From contig CAWJTA010000004.1 of the NCBI GenBank assembly GCA_963845665.1, positions 64,428 through 128,427 on the forward strand: a stretch of 64,000 nucleotides of DNA, in the 5' to 3' direction. Source of the DNA: an uncultured Verrucomicrobiae bacterium. GTDB taxonomy: Bacteria; Verrucomicrobiota; Verrucomicrobiia; Limisphaerales; UBA11358. This document shows positions 1-11,287 of the stretch, piece by piece. The notes beneath the pieces are model-generated. The model did no database searches, was not told the DNA's origin, and saw only the letters and a program-made list of their open reading frames with translations. The position numbers and the translations under genes were made by a program. Numbering within the stretch: the first letter of the stretch is position 1; every line of letters begins with the position of its first letter.

Positions 1-78
1 CTGTGGCACGGCCGAAACGATGACGGCCACGAGGAAGAAAAAGATGACGATTACGCGTGGACGTCGAATATTTGCCAT
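1..78 (-). CDS. 5' end of a gene running off the window; N-terminal signal peptide or TM helix
   Basis: ATG at 78 reads MANIRRPRVIVIFFFLVAVIVSAVPQ (basic n-region then hydrophobic h-region); same strand as and just downstream of rpiB; too short for the ORF track. Confidence 0.55.
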   Translation of the reverse strand, partial: MANIRRPRVIVIFFFLVAVIVSAVPQ

Positions 79-154
79 AGCTTAAAGCTGATGTTATGGC
101 ACGGGCACACTGCTTTCAAGCACGAGGCAGATTCGACGGATCGGATGGATCAAA

Positions 155-601
155 TTATTTCTTTTCCAGAGCGGCGACTTTGGCCAGACGGCGTTTGTGG
201 CGCTCGGCGCCGCTGAATTCGGCTTTGAGATAAGTTTGGATCAAATCCCAGGCCAGTTCAGGGCCTTGAATGCGCCCGCCCAGGCAAAGGAGATTCATGT
301 TGTCGTCTTCGACTCCCTGCCGTGCGGAAAAATTGTCTTCGATCAGACAGGCGCGCACGCCGTGGGTTTTATTTGCGCAAACCGAGGCGCCAACACCGCT
401 TCCGCAAACGGCCACGCCCCGGTCCACTTTTCCGGCGGCCACAGCCTGGGCAAGGGGAGTGACAAAATCGGGATAATCGTCCTCAGGCGTCAATTGATGG
501 GCACCGAAATCCAGAACTTGGTGGCCAGCGGCGCGAAGCCGGTCGACGATTTTTTGTTTTAGTTCGAATCCGCCATGATCGGTCGCAATACCTATGAGCA
601 T
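155..601 (-). CDS. rpiB: Ribose-5-phosphate isomerase B (RpiB/LacA/LacB family)
   Basis: DHGG, DYPD, CGSGVG, ANK and RH.RR motifs; last full gene of the PPP cluster. Confidence 0.93.
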   Translation of the reverse strand: MLIGIATDHGGFELKQKIVDRLRAAGHQVLDFGAHQLTPEDDYPDFVTPLAQAVAAGKVDRGVAVCGSGVGASVCANKTHGVRACLIEDNFSARQGVEDDNMNLLCLGGRIQGPELAWDLIQTYLKAEFSGAERHKRRLAKVAALEKK

Positions 602-613
602 AAGAGACTCCTT

Positions 614-1981
614 TCAAGTCACTACTGGATTATGCCAGCCACCACGAGGGTGGACCCCGTTCATTTCAGCCGGGCCCCATGTTTTTGGTTCATATTCGTG
701 GATCGGCGTATCACTTTTGAGCACGGGGTCAACGATGCGCCAGGCTTCTTCGACATAATCTTCGCGAGCGAAGAGCGTCGGATCGCCGGCCATGGCGTCG
801 GTCAGGACACGTTCGTATGCATCCATTTCTTTGGCGGTGGGATGACGGCTGGCTTGTAATTCTGTCAATTGGCTGATGGATTCATTTTCAGGCGCAATGA
901 CGTTGAGACCAAAGGCGGCAATGACATCCGGGCTAATCCGAAAACGAAAGTAATTCGATTTGAGATCGAAGTTTGTGTACATCGTGGGAGGTTTCCGGAG
1001 GGCCACGAGGATTTCGGTGCAGGTGACAGGCAACGACTTTCCAGCGCGGATATAAAATGGAACGCCGCGCCAGCGCCACGAATCAATTTCCAGTTTGATT
1101 GCGGCAAAGGTTTCGACTTTGGAATTGGGAGCCACGCCCGGTTCATTGCGATAGCCCTTGAATTGTCCGCGGACGATGCATTTTGAATCAATCGGCGGTA
1201 TCGCTTTGAGGACCTTCACCTTTTCATCACGGATCGATTCGCTATCAGTGCGAATGGGCGGTTCCATGGCGAGATTGGCCATGACCTGAAACAAATGGTT
1301 CTGGATGACGTCGCGGACGGTGCCGACCTGGTCGTAGAATGAGCCGCGGCCCTGGACCCCGAAATCTTCCGCCATGGTTATTTGCACGTTTTCAACATGG
1401 TGCCGGTTCCAAAAGGGCTCGAGCATCGCGTTGCCGAAGCGAAAGAAGAGCATGTTATGCACGGGCGCCTTGCCGAGGTAATGATCAATGCGGAAAATGG
1501 CCGGTTCGTCAAAAGTTTTCAACAGGATGGCATTCAGATCTTTGGCGGAGGGCAGATCGCGGCCAAAGGGTTTTTCGATAATGACACGCGCCTCTTTATT
1601 GCATCCGGTTTGCGAAAGATGTTCCACAACGGTTCCGAATGCGGCGGGCGGAATGGCCAGATAGTGCGCCGGGCGTTGGCAAGTGCCCATCTCCTTGCGC
1701 AGGGCTTGAAACGTCGCGGCATCGTTGTAATCGCCATCCACGTAATGCAATAATTGGGAGAGTTTTTGAAAGGCGGAAGGATCGAGCCCGCCGTGTTTTT
1801 CGACGCTGTCTTTGGCGCGGGCTTTAAGTTGATCCAGATTCCAGCCAGCCTTGGCCACGCCGATGACAGGGACATTTAGAGTTCCGCGTTTGACCATGGC
1901 CTGCAGCGCGGGGAAGATCTTTTTGTACGCCAGATCGCCTGTGGCGCCGAAAAATACCAGAGTGTCAGAAGACGAATTCAT
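614..1981 (-). CDS. zwf: Glucose-6-phosphate 1-dehydrogenase
   Basis: [28 protein letters not shown] motifs; start placed at MNSSSD (1981) directly after the gnd stop, with GGAGG-like RBS upstream. Confidence 0.96.
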   Translation of the reverse strand: MNSSSDTLVFFGATGDLAYKKIFPALQAMVKRGTLNVPVIGVAKAGWNLDQLKARAKDSVEKHGGLDPSAFQKLSQLLHYVDGDYNDAATFQALRKEMGTCQRPAHYLAIPPAAFGTVVEHLSQTGCNKEARVIIEKPFGRDLPSAKDLNAILLKTFDEPAIFRIDHYLGKAPVHNMLFFRFGNAMLEPFWNRHHVENVQITMAEDFGVQGRGSFYDQVGTVRDVIQNHLFQVMANLAMEPPIRTDSESIRDEKVKVLKAIPPIDSKCIVRGQFKGYRNEPGVAPNSKVETFAAIKLEIDSWRWRGVPFYIRAGKSLPVTCTEILVALRKPPTMYTNFDLKSNYFRFRISPDVIAAFGLNVIAPENESISQLTELQASRHPTAKEMDAYERVLTDAMAGDPTLFAREDYVEEAWRIVDPVLKSDTPIHEYEPKTWGPAEMNGVHPRGGWHNPVVT

Positions 1982-1982
1982 T

Positions 1983-3002
1983 TTATTTTCCCTCCTTTTT
2001 TTCCAAATGCCCGCCAAAACCAAAACGCATTGCCGAGAGCAATTTGTCCTGGTAATCCGCCTCGCCACGTGACGCAAATCTTTCATAGAGCGCCGTCGTG
2101 AGGACGGGGACTGGCACGCCTTCGTCAATGGCCGCTTTGATGGTCCAGCGCCCTTCGCCGGAATCGGAAACGCGTCCGGCGAATTGCGCCAGGTTGGGAT
2201 CGGCCGCCAGGGCGCTCGCCGTTAGGTCCAGCAGCCACGAGGCGACGACACTGCCTCGCCGCCAAACCTCGGTCACGTTGGCCAGGTTGAAGTCGAACTG
2301 ATACAGTTCCGGATCACGCAAAGGTGTTGTTTCGGCGTCTGTTTCCCCGGTCTTAAGTCCGACATTTGCGGATTTCAAAACGCCGAGGCCCTCGGCGTAG
2401 GCGGCCATCATGCCGTACTCAATACCGTTGTGGACCATCTTCACGAAATGGCCCGCGCCATTTGGACCACAATGGAGGTAGCCTTTCTCAGCGGTTCCTC
2501 CGAGTTTTTCCCGGCCCGGTGTGCGCGGGATATCGCCAACGCCGGGCGCCAGGGTATTGAAGATGGGGTCCAATCGCTGGACGACTTCATTTTCGCCGCC
2601 AATCATCATGCAATACCCGCGTTCCAACCCCCAAACACCGCCGCTGGTGCCTACGTCCACGTAATGAATTTTTTTGACGGCCAGTTCTTTCGCGCGGCGG
2701 ACATCATCCACGTAATATGAATTACCGCCGTCAATGAGGATATCATCGGGTTCCAACAAGGGAACAAACGACGCGATGGTCTTATCCACGACGCCTGCCG
2801 GAACCATGAGCCAAACCGCGCGGGGCTTGGCAAGGCTTTTGACGAAGTCGGCGAGGGACTCCGCGCCCGTGGCCTTCTCGGCGACTAGAGATTTCACCGC
2901 CTGAGGTGATTGATCGTAAACGACGCATTGGTGACCACCTTTAATAAGCCGCCGAACCATGTTGGCGCCCATGCGGCCAAGTCCTACCATTCCTAGTTGC
3001 AT
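1983..3002 (-). CDS. gnd: 6-phosphogluconate dehydrogenase (short decarboxylating type)
   Basis: [40 protein letters not shown]. Confidence 0.96.
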   Translation of the reverse strand: MQLGMVGLGRMGANMVRRLIKGGHQCVVYDQSPQAVKSLVAEKATGAESLADFVKSLAKPRAVWLMVPAGVVDKTIASFVPLLEPDDILIDGGNSYYVDDVRRAKELAVKKIHYVDVGTSGGVWGLERGYCMMIGGENEVVQRLDPIFNTLAPGVGDIPRTPGREKLGGTAEKGYLHCGPNGAGHFVKMVHNGIEYGMMAAYAEGLGVLKSANVGLKTGETDAETTPLRDPELYQFDFNLANVTEVWRRGSVVASWLLDLTASALAADPNLAQFAGRVSDSGEGRWTIKAAIDEGVPVPVLTTALYERFASRGEADYQDKLLSAMRFGFGGHLEKKEGK

Positions 3003-3118
3003 AATATTTCTCCTTTTCTTTTTAAGTTATTGCAAATGTTCCGCCCGTCCCGCAACTGCGGGAGACGGTAGCAGCGCCATTCGCGAAAAGCGCCGCCCTC
3101 CGACCAGTTCGTTGAAAC

Positions 3119-4033
3119 TCAAGCTCCGTCTTTTGTGACGGATGCCTCGTAAATGCTCTGAATCGCCGAATCCATCTCGGCGTCAAACTCTTCAGCGGAT
3201 TGTTGCGCTGTCACACCTTCGACTAAGGCTCTGGAAAAGCTCGCTATGATGCCATGTTGGTGCTGGAGACGGGCATTGGCTTCGTCGCGCGAATAGCCGC
3301 CCGATAGCGCCACGACTTTCAAAACCTTTGGATGATGAACCAGTTCGTCATAAAGATCATTCTGGTCCGGGATTGTGAGTTTCAGCATTACTTTTCGACT
3401 CGCATCCAGGCCCTTGAGTTTTTCGAGAATCGCTAGTTTGAGGAGATTCTCAGCCTCATTTTTTTTCGGGCAATGGATGTCGACTTCGGGTTCAATAATC
3501 GGCATGAGTCCGGCCGCCAGGATTTGCCCTCCCACCTCGAACTGCTGTTGAACAATAGCCTTGATGCCTGCGGGGTTGGCCTGAGCGATGAACGAGCGCA
3601 TTTTAGTACCGTAAATGCGTTTGGCATTGGCCCGCTTAAGCAAATCCGGCAGGTTAGGCATCGGTTTCAACAGTTGGACGCCATCTTTTTCTTCGACAAG
3701 TCCTTTGTCCACTTTCAAAAACGGCACAACCCGTTTTACATTCCAAAGGAAATCCGCCGTGGGTTTGCCTTCGATGTCACGGTCCATGGTACCGTCGAAC
3801 AAAATGGCGCCAAGAATCCGGTCGCCATTGAAAGCGGGAGTGGTAATGATGCGAGCGCGCATTTGGTGAACCAGCGCAAACATGTCGTCGTCGTTGGACC
3901 ATGAACCGTCTTTGATACCGTAGGCCTTCAACGCTTTGGGCGTGCTTCCGCCGCTTTGGTCCAGCGCCGCCAGGAAGCCGGGTTGCGTCCTGATTTTTCG
4001 CTCTTGTTGTTCTTTTAAGCCGGGTGTTTTCAT
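3119..4033 (-). CDS. fda: Class I fructose-bisphosphate aldolase (short bacterial type)
   Basis: [49 protein letters not shown]. Confidence 0.92.
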   Translation of the reverse strand: MKTPGLKEQQERKIRTQPGFLAALDQSGGSTPKALKAYGIKDGSWSNDDDMFALVHQMRARIITTPAFNGDRILGAILFDGTMDRDIEGKPTADFLWNVKRVVPFLKVDKGLVEEKDGVQLLKPMPNLPDLLKRANAKRIYGTKMRSFIAQANPAGIKAIVQQQFEVGGQILAAGLMPIIEPEVDIHCPKKNEAENLLKLAILEKLKGLDASRKVMLKLTIPDQNDLYDELVHHPKVLKVVALSGGYSRDEANARLQHQHGIIASFSRALVEGVTAQQSAEEFDAEMDSAIQSIYEASVTKDGA

Positions 4034-5673
4034 GCTGTGCCTTTCATTTTTCGGTAACGACGGATGAGGTTGTTCGTTGAACTGTCATGGGCCGGTTTCG
4101 GTTCGGAGCGGCTTTCCAATTCGGGGATAATGCGCTGGGCCAGCGCTTTTCCAAGTTCCACGCCCCATTGATCGAAGGAATTGATGTTCCAGATAACCCC
4201 TTGCGTGAAGACGCTGTGTTCATATAGCGCCACAAGCACGCCCAGTATTTTGGGCGTAAGCCGTTCGGAAAGGATGATGTTGGACGGGCGATTGCCCTCG
4301 AAGACGCGATGCGGTACGAGCCAATCGGGCGTGCCTTCGGCCTTGACCTGCGCCGGCGTCTTGCCAAAGGCCAGGGCTTCGGCCTGCGCAAAGACGTTTG
4401 CCATGAGGATGTCATGATGACGCCCCAGCGGCGTCAGCGCATGCGCGAAGGCGATAAAATCGCAAGGTATCAGCCTGGTACCCTGATGGATCAATTGATA
4501 GAAGGAGTGCTGGCCGTTTGTGCCGGGTTCGCCCCAAAAAATGGCTCCCGTGTCATATGTGACCGTCTTGCCATCGAGGGTGACGTGTTTGCCATTGCTT
4601 TCCATGGTCAACTGCTGGAGATACGCCGGGAAGCGCTTGAGATATTGTTCGTAGGGCAGGACCGCGACGGTCTGGGCATCAAAAAAGTCATTGTACCAGA
4701 CGTTTAGCAGGCCCATCAGCGCCGGGAGGTTTTTTTCAAACGGAGTGGTGCGGAAATGCTCGTCCATTTCATGAAAACCGCTGAGCATTGCGTGGAAATT
4801 CTCCGGACCAATTGCCAGCATCGTTGACAATCCGATGGCTGAATCCATGGAATAGCGTCCGCCGACCCAGTCCCAGAAACCGAACATATTGGCCGTATCG
4901 ATGCCGAACGCCGAAACCTTCTCGGCGTTAGTAGAGACAGCCACGAAATGTTTTGCCACGGCCTTTTTGTCGCCGCCCAGTCCGTCAAGCAGCCACTGGC
5001 GCGCGGACTCGGCATTGGTCATCGTTTCGAGTGTGGTAAAGGTTTTGGAGGAAACAATGAATAGCGTTTCAGCTGGATCCAGGTCACGGACAGCTTCCAC
5101 AAAATCGATTCCATCCACATTTGAGACAAACCGAAATACCATTTCACGCGCGCTATAATGCCGAAGGGCTTCGTACGCCATCACGGGTCCGAGGTCGGAA
5201 CCACCGATGCCGATGTTGACGACATTTCGGATGCGTTTGCCGGTATGCCCCTGCCATTGGCCGCCGCGAACGCGATTTGAGAACGCCGCCATTTTATCGA
5301 GGACGGCGTGGACTTCCGGCACGACGTTCTTGCCGTCCACGAGGACGGATGCGTCCCTGGGGGCGCGCAAGGCGGTGTGCAGGACGGCGCGATTTTCGGT
5401 GATGTTGATTTTCTGGCCGCTAAACATCGCGTCAATTTTCGCGCGCAAGCCGGATTCTTTGGCCAGTTGCAAAAGCGATTTCAACGCCTTGTCGGTGATG
5501 CGATTTTTGGAATAGTCCAGAAATAGACCCGCGCCTTCCGCGGTAAAGCGCTCGCCCCGTTTGGCGTCTTTAGCAAACAAATCCTTGAGGTGAAGTTTCT
5601 TGATCTGTTTGCTGTCCGCCGCCAGGGCCTTCCAGGCAGCGTATTGAGTAAGTGATTTGACGGTCTTTTTCAT
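4030..5673 (-). CDS. pgi: Glucose-6-phosphate isomerase
   Basis: [47 protein letters not shown]. Confidence 0.97.
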   Translation of the reverse strand: MKKTVKSLTQYAAWKALAADSKQIKKLHLKDLFAKDAKRGERFTAEGAGLFLDYSKNRITDKALKSLLQLAKESGLRAKIDAMFSGQKINITENRAVLHTALRAPRDASVLVDGKNVVPEVHAVLDKMAAFSNRVRGGQWQGHTGKRIRNVVNIGIGGSDLGPVMAYEALRHYSAREMVFRFVSNVDGIDFVEAVRDLDPAETLFIVSSKTFTTLETMTNAESARQWLLDGLGGDKKAVAKHFVAVSTNAEKVSAFGIDTANMFGFWDWVGGRYSMDSAIGLSTMLAIGPENFHAMLSGFHEMDEHFRTTPFEKNLPALMGLLNVWYNDFFDAQTVAVLPYEQYLKRFPAYLQQLTMESNGKHVTLDGKTVTYDTGAIFWGEPGTNGQHSFYQLIHQGTRLIPCDFIAFAHALTPLGRHHDILMANVFAQAEALAFGKTPAQVKAEGTPDWLVPHRVFEGNRPSNIILSERLTPKILGVLVALYEHSVFTQGVIWNINSFDQWGVELGKALAQRIIPELESRSEPKPAHDSSTNNLIRRYRKMKGTA

Positions 5674-6404
5674 TTTCTTAAGGTGACATTTCTTTTGTGT
5701 TCCGAGATGACATCCATCGCATCAGCCGTGGCTGATGAAACGCAACGTGGAGCGCCATTAAATTCCCACAGGCGGAACCCGCCGAGAAAGGCATTATCGT
5801 TGCTGACGGCGCGGCAAAGCGGCGGCATTTTTTTCAACAGTCGAACGTTGCCGCCTCCCAGTGCGACTTCATCCGGCTCGAGCGCGGCAATCAGTCGTGC
5901 GACAATATCGGCCACGAGTCTGCGCCATTTTTTCTTGCCGTGCTTTTCCAATCCGCGCAGCCCGACATAATCTTCAAACGTGGATGAACGATAAGGCAGA
6001 TGAGCCAGTTCCATCGGGGCGATGAGTCCGTCCAGGATTAAAGTTGATCCCAGGCCTGTGCCGAGTCCAAGAAACAACAACTTGCCCTGCCGATAACTTC
6101 CCATTGCCTGCATGGCTGCGTCATTGATGACTTGAACCGGACACTTAAACGCCTTTTCGAAGTTAAAACCGACCCATCCTTTTCCAAGGTTCCATGGTTC
6201 CAGTACTACCTTATTTTTAACGACCGGGCCGGGATAACCGATGGAGACGGCCTTATACGGCCAGTCCGCCACCAGTTTTTGAATCTGCGAAATCATTCGT
6301 TTCGGAGTCAGGTCCTTGCCCGAATCAAATTGGCGATGAATTTTTTGTCCTGTGACCAGGACCTTGACGTGAGTTCCTCCAATGTCGACAGCCAACACAT
6401 TCAT
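5670..6404 (-). CDS. ROK-family sugar kinase (polyphosphate glucokinase-like)
   Basis: DIGGT, GYPG, NDA, LGTGLG, ELAHL, GGGN; 4-nt overlap with pgi. Confidence 0.85.
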   Translation of the reverse strand: MNVLAVDIGGTHVKVLVTGQKIHRQFDSGKDLTPKRMISQIQKLVADWPYKAVSIGYPGPVVKNKVVLEPWNLGKGWVGFNFEKAFKCPVQVINDAAMQAMGSYRQGKLLFLGLGTGLGSTLILDGLIAPMELAHLPYRSSTFEDYVGLRGLEKHGKKKWRRLVADIVARLIAALEPDEVALGGGNVRLLKKMPPLCRAVSNDNAFLGGFRLWEFNGAPRCVSSATADAMDVISEHKRNVTLRK

Positions 6405-6422
6405 AGTTTATCTGTGAGTTCT

Positions 6423-7508
6423 TTAGGCGGCCTTTTTAAGCGATTCGGTCTTGGAACTGAGAACCTCCATTAGTTCATTCCACGATTTTACAAACGATTT
6501 GGCACCCTCATCCTGGAGTTGGGCCGCCAGCGCGTCAATCTTTATGCCGGCCTGGATGAATTTCCGCAAAACACTTTCATAGTTGCCGCCGTCGGTTGCC
6601 ATGATGTGACTTATGTCGCCATGGTCCGCGAACGCATTCAATGTTCCTTCAGGCATTGTGTTAACCGTATTTGCAGCTGCCAATGCTTTGACATAGAGGA
6701 CATCGGACGCTTTGGGGTCTTTTGTTCCGGTGCTGGCCCACAACAGACGCTGGGGCCGAGCGCCCTCGTTAAAGACGCGTTGCCATCGGGGCGAGGCCAG
6801 CACTTCACGATAGGCTTTGTAAGTCTGGCTGGAGACGACGATACCCAGCTGATTATTTAATTCCGCCGGGACTTTTCCCACGATTGCGGCGTCCCATCGG
6901 CTGACGAAGACCGAGGCCACCGAACCGACCTGTGGATTCAAGCCGGCCTCAATGCGGCGTTCAACCCCGCGCATGAACGCGTCGGCGGCGGCCAGGTAAT
7001 GGTCACGCGAAAAGAGCAGGGTGACATTGATCGGTATGCCTGCAAAAATTGCTTCTTCGATGGCGGGCAAACCTTCTCTCGTTCCGGGAATTTTAATCAA
7101 TAAATTGGGCCGCCCGGCATACTTGTGAAGTTCTTTTGCCGCTGCCAGCGTTTTGGCTGTGTCATAAGCCAGGAGGGGCGAGACTTCCAGTGACACCCAA
7201 CCATCAACTCCATTTGTCCGGTCATAAATCGGCCGGAACATATCAGCGGCGCGGACCAAATCCTCGATCGCCAAATTAAAGAAAAGGGATTCGCCGGCTT
7301 TGCCTTTGTTTTGACATTCGCGAATCGAGGCGTCATAGGACGCGCTGTTTTTGAAGGCATGATCGAAGATGGTCGGGTTCGACGTTAGTCCCGTTACTGA
7401 GAAATCCTTGATGTAATGTTCGAGCGTGCCGTTGTTGAGCAGGTCGCGTGTGATGTTATCGAGCCAGAGACTCTGGCCAAGGTCATGCAGTTCTTGCGTG
7501 GCTTTCAT
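6423..7508 (-). CDS. tal: Transaldolase
   Basis: QSLWLDNI, TSNPTIF, SLEVSP, IKIP, NVTLLF, SVFVSR, LWASTGTK; start at MKATQEL. Confidence 0.95.
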   Translation of the reverse strand: MKATQELHDLGQSLWLDNITRDLLNNGTLEHYIKDFSVTGLTSNPTIFDHAFKNSASYDASIRECQNKGKAGESLFFNLAIEDLVRAADMFRPIYDRTNGVDGWVSLEVSPLLAYDTAKTLAAAKELHKYAGRPNLLIKIPGTREGLPAIEEAIFAGIPINVTLLFSRDHYLAAADAFMRGVERRIEAGLNPQVGSVASVFVSRWDAAIVGKVPAELNNQLGIVVSSQTYKAYREVLASPRWQRVFNEGARPQRLLWASTGTKDPKASDVLYVKALAAANTVNTMPEGTLNAFADHGDISHIMATDGGNYESVLRKFIQAGIKIDALAAQLQDEGAKSFVKSWNELMEVLSSKTESLKKAA

Positions 7509-7849
7509 ATTTTGATTGAATTCATTTTCTTTTGTTGCAGCGATAGACGTCTCCCACCGGCTAAAGGCTATATAGACGGATTGGGACAACAACTAACGCC
7601 GCGCTGTTTTTTGCGCATCCTCCATGAGTGCGCTTTCCTCCTGCCGGGCATTTTTTGCGTGGATATTGGCCACGATGCTCCCTCTTCAAAAAGTTGCCAT
7701 TGCACCGCCGGCCCGGCATCCAATATCGGCTGGCATCATTAAACCAGCTGCACAGATACCTTTTGCACACCTGCGACGCCTGTCAACGAAAACTTGGAAA
7801 AAAATCACCTTCGGCCTTCCTCGATCCGCGCCCTGGCCGCCCAAAAACT

Positions 7850-8830
7850 TCACGCCTCCGCGGTTCGCATAATGATTTCCCGGAGCGCTGTTTGCGGCTG
7901 AAAATGCAAATATCGTTCCAGCTTTTCCATGCGCGGCTTGCGCCGGCGCATGTCGTCGAACCCAGGCGCATACGCTTTATCGTAGGGCACCAACTCGATT
8001 TTGGAATTCGAACCCAGGGTTTTGAGTACCAATTCGGCGAGTTGCAAAATAGAAACTTCTTCCGTGCCGCCAATGTTGAAAATCTCTCCGCGCGCCGCGT
8101 CGCAATCCTTTAAGCGTACGAGCGCCTCGACCACGTCGTTGACCAGGCAAAAGCAGCGCGTTTGCCGGCCATCGCCAAAAACCCGCAAGGGCTTGTTTTG
8201 TTTGGCTGCTGCGATAAAGCGCGGCAACACCATTCCGTAACGGCCGGTTTGTCGCGGGCCCACCGTGTTGAACAGCCGCGAAATAATCACCGGCAGGTCC
8301 TTTTCACGGGCACAAGCCAGCGCAAAAAATTCGTCCGAAAGCTTCGAACAGGCGTAGCTCCAGCGCGCCTGGTTCGGCGGACCGATGAGCAGATCGTCGT
8401 CTTCGCCAAATTCGGTCTTGGCGCTTTTGCCATAGACTTCAGAGGTTGACGTGAGCAGCACGGGCGTGGACGCTTTGACCGCGGCGCGGAGCAGCGCCTG
8501 CGTTTCGGTAAAATTGGATTCGAGCACCTGCAGGGCTGATTTAACGACGAGTTCGACACCCACGGTCGCGGCGAGGTGGTAAACAAACGCCGATTTCTCA
8601 ACCAGTCCTGGCAGGTTTTTGCATTCGGATATTTTGGAGCGGATGATTTTCAACCGCGGAGTCTTTTCGATCGCTCCCAGGTTATCAATGTTGCCGGTGG
8701 AAAAATCGTCAATGACCACAACGCTATGGCCGTCATGCAACAGGCGCTCAACCAAATGCGAACCTATAAAGCCGGCGCCGCCTGTTACCAGAATGGGCGA
8801 GGGCCGAGGATGAAGAGTAGAGGATGGCAT
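7850..8830 (-). CDS. NAD-dependent nucleotide-sugar epimerase/dehydratase (extended SDR)
   Basis: [32 protein letters not shown]. Confidence 0.88.
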   Translation of the reverse strand: MPSSTLHPRPSPILVTGGAGFIGSHLVERLLHDGHSVVVIDDFSTGNIDNLGAIEKTPRLKIIRSKISECKNLPGLVEKSAFVYHLAATVGVELVVKSALQVLESNFTETQALLRAAVKASTPVLLTSTSEVYGKSAKTEFGEDDDLLIGPPNQARWSYACSKLSDEFFALACAREKDLPVIISRLFNTVGPRQTGRYGMVLPRFIAAAKQNKPLRVFGDGRQTRCFCLVNDVVEALVRLKDCDAARGEIFNIGGTEEVSILQLAELVLKTLGSNSKIELVPYDKAYAPGFDDMRRRKPRMEKLERYLHFQPQTALREIIMRTAEA

Positions 8831-8835
8831 TTTGG

Positions 8836-9936
8836 CTACCTTTTATCCTCGTTAATAGGTTTTAAGGCCGCCGCAAGAGTTTGCGCGAGTTTCTGACGAT
8901 AGAGGTCGTTCTCGATTAAAGAGGCTTCGTGAGGATTGGACAGGTAGCCGGCTTCAATCAAAATGGCCGGCCGCAGTTGCCCTTGCAGGACGGTAAGGAA
9001 CCGGGCCCGGCGTACGCCGCGGTCGGGCATGCCAATTGTATGGAGCAACGCCGTATGGATTCGGACCGCCAATCGCAGGTTCTGCGCATCAAAAGCGTTG
9101 TTCGGAAAACCTTGTGTCCATGGATCCGAGTAATTGCCGCGCGAGATGCTTGAGGGTGTTCCGACCGGCGGCAGGCAATAGGTCTCCAGCCCGGCTTGGG
9201 TCGTGTCCGGAGCGCTGGAATTGAAGTGAAGGCTGATAAATACATCTGCCTGACGTTCATTGGCGAAGACATAGCGGTCCGAATTGGTCACAAAAACGTC
9301 GCGATCGCGTGTCAGATAGACTTTCCATCCTTCGGCTTCGAGCAGCGGCCTGAGCCGCTTCGCCAGGTCCAGGGTAAATTCCTTTTCGAAACGTCCGTCC
9401 AAAACGCTATGTGTGCCGACGTTTGAACCGCCATGGCCAGGGTCAAGTACGATGATCTCGTGTGGCGTAAAGGCCATGGGGGGCTCGCACAGCAGCGGTT
9501 CGAGGTTCTTTTCCAAGTCCAGCGTATAAAGGGAGATTTCGCCGTCGATTAATTGCGGCGCAAATCCGAGTGAAATTTGGACGCCGTTCCAGGCTGCTTC
9601 GCGGCTGCCGATTTCCAGGACTATGGTGCCATACTTTGATGTTACGGAATATGCCGCTACTGGCGCATCGGAGAGACGTTGTGGTGCCGCGATGTGGTTC
9701 TCCGCCGTCCAGTCAGCCAGTGATGTCCATGTTGCGGTGGGCACGGAGACCGGCGGCGATGGAAAAGGAGCATGGACCGGCGGTATCGGCTGTATCGGCC
9801 GTACTGGCGCCGGGCTCGGAAAGGAATGGACCACGTTCGTTCCCGGCGACTCCGACGGTGGCAGCCGGTGGACTGAATTTTCGACGCAACCAGCCAGCAA
9901 AATGACGGCAACAAAAAGGAAACCGGGTTTTAACAC
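8836..9936 (-). CDS. N-acetylmuramoyl-L-alanine amidase (Amidase_3), predicted lipoprotein
   Basis: LAGC lipobox; LDPGHGG, EK, LTRDRD, FISLHFNS, ILIEAGYLSN Zn-binding motifs. Confidence 0.9.
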   Translation of the reverse strand: MLKPGFLFVAVILLAGCVENSVHRLPPSESPGTNVVHSFPSPAPVRPIQPIPPVHAPFPSPPVSVPTATWTSLADWTAENHIAAPQRLSDAPVAAYSVTSKYGTIVLEIGSREAAWNGVQISLGFAPQLIDGEISLYTLDLEKNLEPLLCEPPMAFTPHEIIVLDPGHGGSNVGTHSVLDGRFEKEFTLDLAKRLRPLLEAEGWKVYLTRDRDVFVTNSDRYVFANERQADVFISLHFNSSAPDTTQAGLETYCLPPVGTPSSISRGNYSDPWTQGFPNNAFDAQNLRLAVRIHTALLHTIGMPDRGVRRARFLTVLQGQLRPAILIEAGYLSNPHEASLIENDLYRQKLAQTLAAALKPINEDKR

Positions 9937-9940
9937 GCCG

Positions 9941-11134
9941 CTATTTTGCTGAAGCCGAGGGCGGACTCAAGAGAATTGCGGATTGTGGGTTGCAGATTGC
10001 GAAACGACCCATTGTTGTGTCGTCGGAACGTTGGACCTGTGCCGTGCGGGTCTCAAAAGTCACGCGGATGAAGCGTGGCCAGTAGAGGCGCGTGTCGTTC
10101 ATTACCTCGGAAAGGCTCTCAGAATTGGCGGCGTAACTGATCAGGAGTTCGTTGTTTGAGCTCAATTCGGGATGTCCTTTAGCCGCGTAACAAAAGACTT
10201 GCGGTGAGATTTTCATGTCGGGACATTGATACAGTTTCATTGGGGCGCTCCATGGGCCCTCCGGCGCCTCGGCGGCGCGCATGAGAACAGTTCCCCATAT
10301 TCCATCCGAATAGACATACACAAATTTTTTTAAGAATGGCTGCCAGGAAACCGAACCCTCCGCGCCTGCGCCGGAAAAAACGGGCGTCGTTTCGCCAAAG
10401 TTCTTCGTCCAGTGCCCATTTGAATAGAATTCCCACAAGTTGGTATTGCCGATGTCATTTTCCGGCGCGCGGGCAAGAATTAGATTTTTAACCGCAGTGG
10501 AGTTCGTCCGATTGCTGTAACCGTAGATGTAAATTTGATTCGAAGTTCGGAGTATTTCGCAGCCCAGGAGCGCGTCCTGGCCGTTCGGAAGCCGGGTGAA
10601 GGGCAATTCGCGCGTGGAGATTTTCCAAAGAGCGGGCACCGCGTCTGGATTCTCCACGACGGCCAGCCATGTGCCTACGCATTGGAATCCCCACGTCGAA
10701 TCGTTGAGCCATTTCACTTCCTGCATGAAAATGTAGAGCCCCTGTTCAGTTCGTACGCCATCGCTCAGCCAGAAATAGGTCCGGGGGCCGGGCGATCTTA
10801 TAAGAGATTGTGGCTGATGCTTTTTGTCGAGCGGATAGTAAAACCGCGGGAGATCCCCGAACCGTTCGACGGCAATGGAGCTATGAATCATTTTGGTCTG
10901 GGTTCGCTTGCCGTCATGGATTCGGCCAACAAACGTATCGCCGAAAATCCAGAGTGTTTTATCAGCGTCCAGCGGAACCGAATACGCCACGTCCGCGCCC
11001 AGCCAGCCATTGGTGCGTTGAAACATTTGGTTCCATTCGGGCGCCGGAGACGCGTGAAATGAAAAATCAGCAGCCATGGCGGAAACGGCCAGCAGGGCAA
11101 ATGCGGCGACGAGAATTTTTGTAGGCCTAAACAT
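9941..11134 (-). CDS. Secreted DUF4185/DUF5005-like beta-propeller protein
   Basis: Signal peptide; WLGAD..YSVPL...LWIFGDTF, GPWS.P, YAAKGHPEL, Y.PRF motifs recalled from this family. Confidence 0.6.
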   Translation of the reverse strand: MFRPTKILVAAFALLAVSAMAADFSFHASPAPEWNQMFQRTNGWLGADVAYSVPLDADKTLWIFGDTFVGRIHDGKRTQTKMIHSSIAVERFGDLPRFYYPLDKKHQPQSLIRSPGPRTYFWLSDGVRTEQGLYIFMQEVKWLNDSTWGFQCVGTWLAVVENPDAVPALWKISTRELPFTRLPNGQDALLGCEILRTSNQIYIYGYSNRTNSTAVKNLILARAPENDIGNTNLWEFYSNGHWTKNFGETTPVFSGAGAEGSVSWQPFLKKFVYVYSDGIWGTVLMRAAEAPEGPWSAPMKLYQCPDMKISPQVFCYAAKGHPELSSNNELLISYAANSESLSEVMNDTRLYWPRFIRVTFETRTAQVQRSDDTTMGRFAICNPQSAILLSPPSASAK

Positions 11135-11287
11135 ACGTCAGGCAATCATTATAAACAGTCAAATTCCAACATCCAAGCTCCAGAGAATACTCAAGCGCCG
11201 GGCCGCCAAGGTTGGTGCCTGGGTTTTAGAACTTGCCTGGAATTTGGATGTTACCGTTGGTGCTTTTGTTCGGGCTTTGTGCAGGTT

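Noticed and set aside
614-2128. 504-aa version of zwf
   Set aside because: The extra 49 codons overlap gnd; homology and an RBS point to ATG 1981
9941-10058. Unusual C-terminal tail of the DUF4185-like protein as a functional domain
   Set aside because: It is read-through of the TTGCRGA heptamer array; one more base in the A4 run at 10055-10058 would give a stop right after RVTF, so possibly an indel artefact
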